A stretch of 62,993 nucleotides of DNA, counting the filler, from Klebsormidium nitens (Eukaryota > Plantae > Klebsormidiophyceae): the NCBI GenBank assembly GCA_000708835.1. It is 6 parts of 6 records of this genome, joined end to end, with 100 filler letters (N's around TTAATTAATTAA, not from the genome) between each part and the next. Parts side by side here need not be neighbours in the genome. Positions count along the whole stretch, not along the records: positions 54,192 to 62,993 come from DF238225.1; 5 more parts are not named here. One strand, given 5' to 3'. Below, piece after piece: positions 57,269 to 62,993 of this stretch. How positions within the stretch are numbered: the stretch's first letter is position 1; every line of letters begins with the position of its first letter. The notes beneath the pieces are model-generated. The model worked only from the letters and a program-made list of their open reading frames with translations. It did no database searches and was not told the origin of the DNA. The position numbers were made by a program, and so were the translations under genes.

Positions 57269-60200
57269 TCATGAACACTTACCATGGCTGCGTTCGGCAG
57301 GAGTCGGACTCTCGTCAGGCAAGAAGAAAGCCGCCTCCTCCCACCCGCCCTCGTACACTGCAGGGCCAAACGCCTCCTCATCTCCGCTCAAGGCTCGTTC
57401 AGCAATCGGTGCGAGAGGGACTTCCTCGCGTACCCCTTCCCTGTCCCCCACCTCGCCGTCCTCCGAGCCCACGGGGTCGTTCCTACCCTCCGACCCGCCG
57501 TCATCTTCCGACTCGATTTCGGGGTCCAGTTCTGTTTCTGCCACGCCTGCCTGCCCCCCGCTTTCTGCTTGCGACGCTTGCATCACAACGGTTCCCAGCT
57601 GAAGCTTCTCGCAGAGCAGACCCCACAGCACCGGAATGGTCTGCCCCTTTTTGCTCCATGTGATGTCCTTCATCCCGTCGACAATCTTCAGTCGCTTGAG
57701 CTGGTCTACCAATCTCTTCCGCCTATCGGTCTGCGGAGAGAAAGCAGACGGCCCAGCATACAAGGTCTGGACATCCACGGCCGACTGGCATTTCGGGAGG
57801 CCCGCCAAGCAGACCAGCTGCTCCGCTTGGGTTGCTAATCGTGCCTGGCGGACTGCCCCCTCTTCATCCGCTCTATCTGCTTGGATCTGTCCGTGCTCCG
57901 CTAGCTCCCTGTTCTTCGTGGACTCCTTCCGAATTCGCCGCCCCTCTTTCATTGCCCAGCCGTGCGCTTTTCGCTTGTCTCCGACTGCCTCAAACCCGCG
58001 CTCATCCATACCCGAGCACTTATACGCTACAAAGCTTGAAGCCTTTGCATTGGTTGCATTCGGCCTAGCTCGCAAGAACTGCTTCCCAGTGCCGTTTGCC
58101 CCCTCCATCGGATCGTTGCTTGGATTCATTTCGGGCAGGGCCTTCACAAACGCGTCTCCCACCACGTCCCGTCGATTCTTCCCGCCCTCAACTAGAAGCG
58201 CGTCCTTTGCAAAACCGACGGAGGCACACCTCCATCTGTGCGTACCCCCAACAGCAACTTCAACGTTCCCCAGGCTGCATGCCCAAGGCTGTACTCTGCC
58301 CGCACCGACTGTACCAGCTTCCTCGAGCCACGCTCGACCTCGGGACCAAACACGCACACAAACTCCCCCGTCAGCAGGTCTGTTGCGTCCGTTTGGAAGT
58401 GGATGAGCGACAAAACTACCTTGTCCCAAATAGGGCCCCAATCCCAAGCGTTGGGGTAGATAGCTTTTGCGACGATGCAAGGAAATCCAAGCTCGTGCTC
58501 AATCACCGCAAGGCAGACCATTTCTAGGCAGGTTGGCTCGTCTTTGAGGCCAACGAGGAGCCGTTTTTCGAGGTGGTTCAAGGGCTTCCGTTGCTGCACG
58601 CGAGTTTCTAAAAACTCGATGATGAGCAGACGAGCTACCACAGCTGGGGCGCACACTCTTGCTTTTTCGAAAAACCGGGCTTTTCCCACCATTCGGATGC
58701 TGAAGGCAGCATTTACCGCCACCTTGAGTGCAGCCAACTCTTCCTCGCTTGCCCCCGCCTCCGTCTTCTGCTTCACCAACAACACCAACCAGCTCCGCCA
58801 CTCCGCAAATAATGCACCTGGCCGTTGAGAATCGCTATCCCCAAGGACCACAGAAACGATGACCGCGCAGACCAACCCCCCTGAATCTACGGACTCCGCA
58901 TGCTCAAGCAGGTCGTCAATCAAATTTTCGACCCGCTCCTCTTCGTCCCGCACCTCCCCTTCCCCTCCGTCCGGCTCCCCCCCCTCCGCAGCCCCTCCGC
59001 CGCCCGGGCCTCTCGCCGCGTGGGCCGCTGCAACCTCTCGTGCAAGTCGGTTTCGACTGGCGGCAAGGGCTTGTTTCTTGTTTGGGATTGGGAGCGGCTT
59101 AGGAATCTCTGGGTGCCCACGATAGACGTCTTTGAACCCCGCAGGCGCCTTTTGGATTGTGTTGTCCATTTTATGATTAATGCACCCAAAGTCAGCTATC
59201 CAGGCAACCGCCTCCTTCTCGTCCTCGGTGAGACCAGTCCAAGCGGGGCCCCCCAGCTGGTCCAAGTACGCACGTTTCCGTCGCTGCAACAAGCAATCAA
59301 TTATGTAAGACGTTTTGATGCAATAGGTTAGTCGTTGGGAGGCGAAGGCANACGAGGGGATAGGNNNNNNNNNNNNNNNNNNNNGGGGCTTTCCGACTGA
59401 CCGGGGGGCTGCCTGGGGGATGTCCCACTGATCGGGGGGCTGCCTGGGGGATGTCCGACCGACCGGGGGGCTGCCTGGGGGCTTTCCGACCCGTCGGTCA
59501 TGCACTCCGGTCGGTCGGACAGCCCCTAGGCAGCCCCCCGACCAGTCCGAGGACAGCCTCGGGGCAGCCCCCCGGGCAGCCCGCGCTTTCCATTCGAGCA
59601 ATGGGTCCTCAGACCTAAACTGTAAGAGGCAACGAGGCTTACTTCAACTTGTTTGAATCTACAAAAAGCGTAGACGCTTACCTGCAGCTCTTTCGTCTTT
59701 GCTTTTTGATCGCTCGCGTGGTCGCCCATGGTGGCCACGATGATGTCCGAGTCAAGCGACATGCGGGCAATCTGCTGGGCCGCCTCTGGGTCGATCGCCA
59801 AGCAGGCCCAACGAAGTCGCTCAAACATCACCTCGTGCTCCTTAACCTGTTCCGCAACAGTGTGGTTGGCAAGAGACTTCCACCCAACAAGGAAGCGCAC
59901 CGTCTCGTTTTGCTCATTCAAAACGTCCATGCCCACTGCTTGGAAGTCAACACCACCTTTCGTTGTGCCATCACTGGACAGGTTGACGTTTCGAGCGCGC
60001 CCGTCTAGCCAATCTTTTGAAAGACGGAACTCTGTCAAGTGCCCCATTTCTAATTGAATATTGCTCACGGTTGACACCGAAGGGGGTTTGAGCAGGCGGA
60101 TGCTCTTTGCGCCTTGAGAGACGGCGCTAAATGTAAGCACTTGGTTGATCAGGGGGATTGCGTTCTCGATTGAGACGTTCTTAGAGAGCATGACTTGGAG

Positions 60201-61022
60201 AAGGTGCCGAAGGTCGGTATTGACCTGACTTCTGTTTTCTAACCCGACCTCTCTCGTGTTGATCTTGACCGTTTGGTTGGCTACCCCCTGCCGGCTTTTC
60301 CGGTACCCCACTGCCCGCCGGAGTTTCTGGCTTTCCGCGCGGTACCTCTCCAAGAGTTCGTCGGCTTCTTCTTTCTCCCCCTTCATCTCCAAAAGGAGTT
60401 CTCCCCCGGCCTTGATCTCGCTTTCTAAACGTTCTATCTTTTCCGTTTGCCTCCTACATTTCTCAAGCCCCGCTCTCCGCAACCGATCCAACTCTCTCTC
60501 CCATTACGCACGACTTGCAAGTTCTTCTCCGAGGCGCACTCTGGCTTCGCTCCCTTCAGTCAAGTCCCGCTGCAAACCCTCAAGAACGGCCGCTTCCGTT
60601 TCGAGGACGCTTTCGAGTTCGGACCGAGCCTCATAAGCTGCTTTTTGGTTTGCAATGATTTGAGCCTCCAGTTCTTCGACGACTCGATCTAGAGCGGGGA
60701 GGTATGCATCGGGAAGGACATCTCTTAGGCGAGCTAGGCACGTGTCTACCGACTGAGCCCCATCGGCAGCGCCTCCTTGGTTTCCCCTCCCCTCATTCCG
60801 TTGTTGCTGCCCTTGCCCCGCCCCCACTCCGTCCCCCCCCTCCGCCCCTGGCTCCCTTGCGGACTCTCCGCTGGAAGATCCCCCTCGATCGCCAGCCGGA
60901 GAGTCGCTCCGAGCATCAGGAGAACATGCTGCCGTAGCCGCCTGGGCCAACGGCTCCTGGACACAAGTCCCGTTCCTGGAGCTGGTGTCCTGTTCTGCCG
61001 CGGTCTGCAGACGTGTAGTCAC
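57269..61022 (-). CDS. DDE/RNase H-fold transposase with CxxH motif (hAT/MULE/P/Kolobok-like group), multi-exon, N-terminal coiled coil
   Basis: LSSDGTTK (D1), TMGDHASDQK (D2), FGCINHK (CxxH) and PSNDPMEG (E). Phase-0 junction KELQ|FRSEDPLLEWK has its donor at 59681. Other junctions are inferred. Confidence 0.78.
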
Positions 61023-61742
61023 AAGGATTGAGTCACAAAAGAACTAAACTTTTAGTATATTGATCAGCAGTACTGTTGACTGAGTGGCGGTGCAGAGCGG
61101 CACCGTCTGGAGGCCTAGCGTCCAACAAGGATAATCGGTCAAACTGAGCTGCCTGCTGTCTTGTGCGGCCCTTTGGCAGCATACAAAGAGTCTCGCTATA
61201 CCCTTCAACCCCGGATCAAAAGCTTCGCAATCGCTACCAAATGATGTTCTTCCGATGGTACCTGAGAAATCATTGCTAGATGATCAATACACTAGACCAT
61301 GTAGCTGCATGTCGTGCGTAAGCAGGTTCCGATCTGAGCCTTACCGTCCTCGAGTTTGGTTGACGCAGTGTCTCAGTAGCGAGTGACGTCATGCCAGGTT
61401 GTCGAAGTGCTTCGAAGCCGGTGACAGACTGATTTGGAGCGGCGACCGACTCGCTTTCGTTGTTGGCCACCTGGCAACAACAATCGATCAGGGCCACACG
61501 AGAAGTCAATAAGTGCACGAGCCAGCTGTACAACCTACCAATCTGTTGTCTTGATCTTCAATACGACATTGCATTTGAGTTGTGAAACTTCGAGCTGGGC
61601 ACCCACGTCACGAGATTACGTTTGATGCTGCCAAAGCTTGCAAAAGCTGGTGATCAGGTGATTGATGCACCCAAGCTGCCAATCATCGAGCTGCCTGAAA
61701 CCGATTTGAGCTGAGACTCTTTGCCATTCCTCTTTCAAGACC

Positions 61743-62282
61743 TCACAGATGAAACATCAAGAGGACGTCACAAATGATCTTTCGTTCAATTTCAAGGTCG
61801 AGTCGACTTCGAACCTGAGCAGTATTACTACAGTCAGGTTCCTTGACTAAGGCAGTCAGGTCAGTGCTAGTGCCCCAGGACCGTTTGGCCATGCGGGAAT
61901 GGACTTTCGACACTTCGACTGACCCTTTACACAATTCATCTCTTGCAATGCCATTGCAAGCCGCATACAAGTTCGTCTTGTACGACTTCACTTTTACAAT
62001 GCATCCCCTCGCCCCCATCTCCTTCAAACCTGGTGAGAGTCGCATTAGGAATGTGCTCAGAGCAATTTGCTTCGTACTGCAGGTAGGTGGTAACGAAGCT
62101 GAACCTAGGCCCGTCACCCATCTTTCAAACCCCAACAGTGTTCCAACTGTGAGTGGTCGAAGCTGGAGATCACCAATTTGATCGGGTAAAGTCTCTAATG
62201 CACTTTCCAAGCCTAGAAAATGAAGCAATTCTGATTCGTTCTCCTGCAGCAACCTCACGGCCTGAGCTATCCTGGCTGCCAT
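61743..62282 (-). CDS. Unknown ORF inside the right end of the transposon
   Basis: 179-codon ATG-initiated ORF pointing inward from the right inverted repeat; no family recognised. Confidence 0.5.
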   Translation of the reverse strand: MAARIAQAVRLLQENESELLHFLGLESALETLPDQIGDLQLRPLTVGTLLGFERWVTGLGSASLPPTCSTKQIALSTFLMRLSPGLKEMGARGCIVKVKSYKTNLYAACNGIARDELCKGSVEVSKVHSRMAKRSWGTSTDLTALVKEPDCSNTAQVRSRLDLEIERKIICDVLLMFHL

Positions 62283-62993
62283 ATTTCTGTCATTGAGGGC
62301 TCATCAGAGCATTGCAACGGGCCTGGCATGACGAATGAACCCTGTAGGAGTGCATCCGATCAGATCTGGCTCAAGCATCCAGTGCGGTTAGCAATGCTGC
62401 CTATATCTAATGCGTGCAAGACGAAGAGCAGCACCCCAGGCCTTGGGGTTGACGTTTTCTGCAATTCCAGAGCCGGATCTAGGCGGAATGGTGAATCGCA
62501 AAGCCAGCGCCTCTCGTCTGATGCCCCTCTTGAAGAATCGCCGCACACATTTGGCGAACTCCAGCCCGCCGGGTCAGGAGATGGGCATATATGGGGTTAA
62601 ATTGGTAATTTTAACAGTAATTCCAGTACACTGAGTGCAGCCTACTTATCTGCGAATGTGTGCGACGAAACCTCGAGCGAATATATTCACAAGAACTATA
62701 CAATTCTAAACTTGACGAAATTCATCATTCCCACTCTGGAATTAATTTCACCCTGATATCATTAACGGTATTTTTTAGTTGGCGATAAATTTTGACCGGT
62801 TATTTATAATCGCGGAGCCGCGATAAAAGTACGACGGCATATCTGTTTGACTCGAGAGGCGTACGAAACTCGGTGCGGACCAGCCTCGAACGCCGTCCGA
62901 AATGCGGTCGGGGATACTAAAAAGCTGAGCGCTGTTTCCAGTCCGGATTCTACCCCAGTACCGGCCGGCACCTGATGACCCCGCAGGTCACAA

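Larger units (their letters stand above)
54767..62954 (-). mobile_element. Multi-gene cut-and-paste DNA transposon with imperfect inverted (sub)terminal repeats
   Basis: GGTAGAGTCC-agtgg-GGACTGGAAACAGCGCTC (54767-54799) is mirrored by GAGCGCTGTTTCCAGTCC-GGATTCTACC (62927-62954), with 18 bp perfect. A transposase lies inside. The true ends may lie further out. Confidence 0.7.

Noticed and set aside
57015-58406. Plus-strand ORFs over the transposase
   Set aside because: Antisense shadows of a GC-rich coding region; low-complexity translations.

Overview
Eukaryotic, intron-rich nuclear DNA from a gapped scaffold; gene content and intron style suggest a streptophyte green alga such as Klebsormidium (inference). 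An ordinary host-gene block lies at about 14-30 kb: an intronless F-box/LRR gene, a GT61 glycosyltransferase, DNAJC17 and mitochondrial ATP synthase subunit g. Accessory DNA flanks it. The main observation is a repeated, capsid-less, intron-bearing element resembling Polinton-like viruses (PLVs), present as two inverted copies (1-6.9 kb and 39.4-42.9 kb). It encodes a PLV/virophage-type tyrosine recombinase, an unknown conserved ORF and a spliced zinc-finger + J-domain gene. It ends in a module of a ~100-bp minisatellite, 115-bp palindromic AT-rich repeats and an inverted-arm hairpin (perfect 16-bp arms at 6829-6872) resembling a recombination site. A third, gene-less copy of that module sits at 12.0-13.55 kb. 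A spliced D5-type SF3 helicase abuts the second element copy. A conserved segment following the hairpin precedes a Crinkler-type nuclease gene and the F-box gene. The window also holds a Crinkler NTPase+REase gene, a truncated SYP5 SNARE, a multi-gene DDE transposon with inverted ends (54.8-63 kb), and a recurring pattern of tandem duplications centred on splice junctions.
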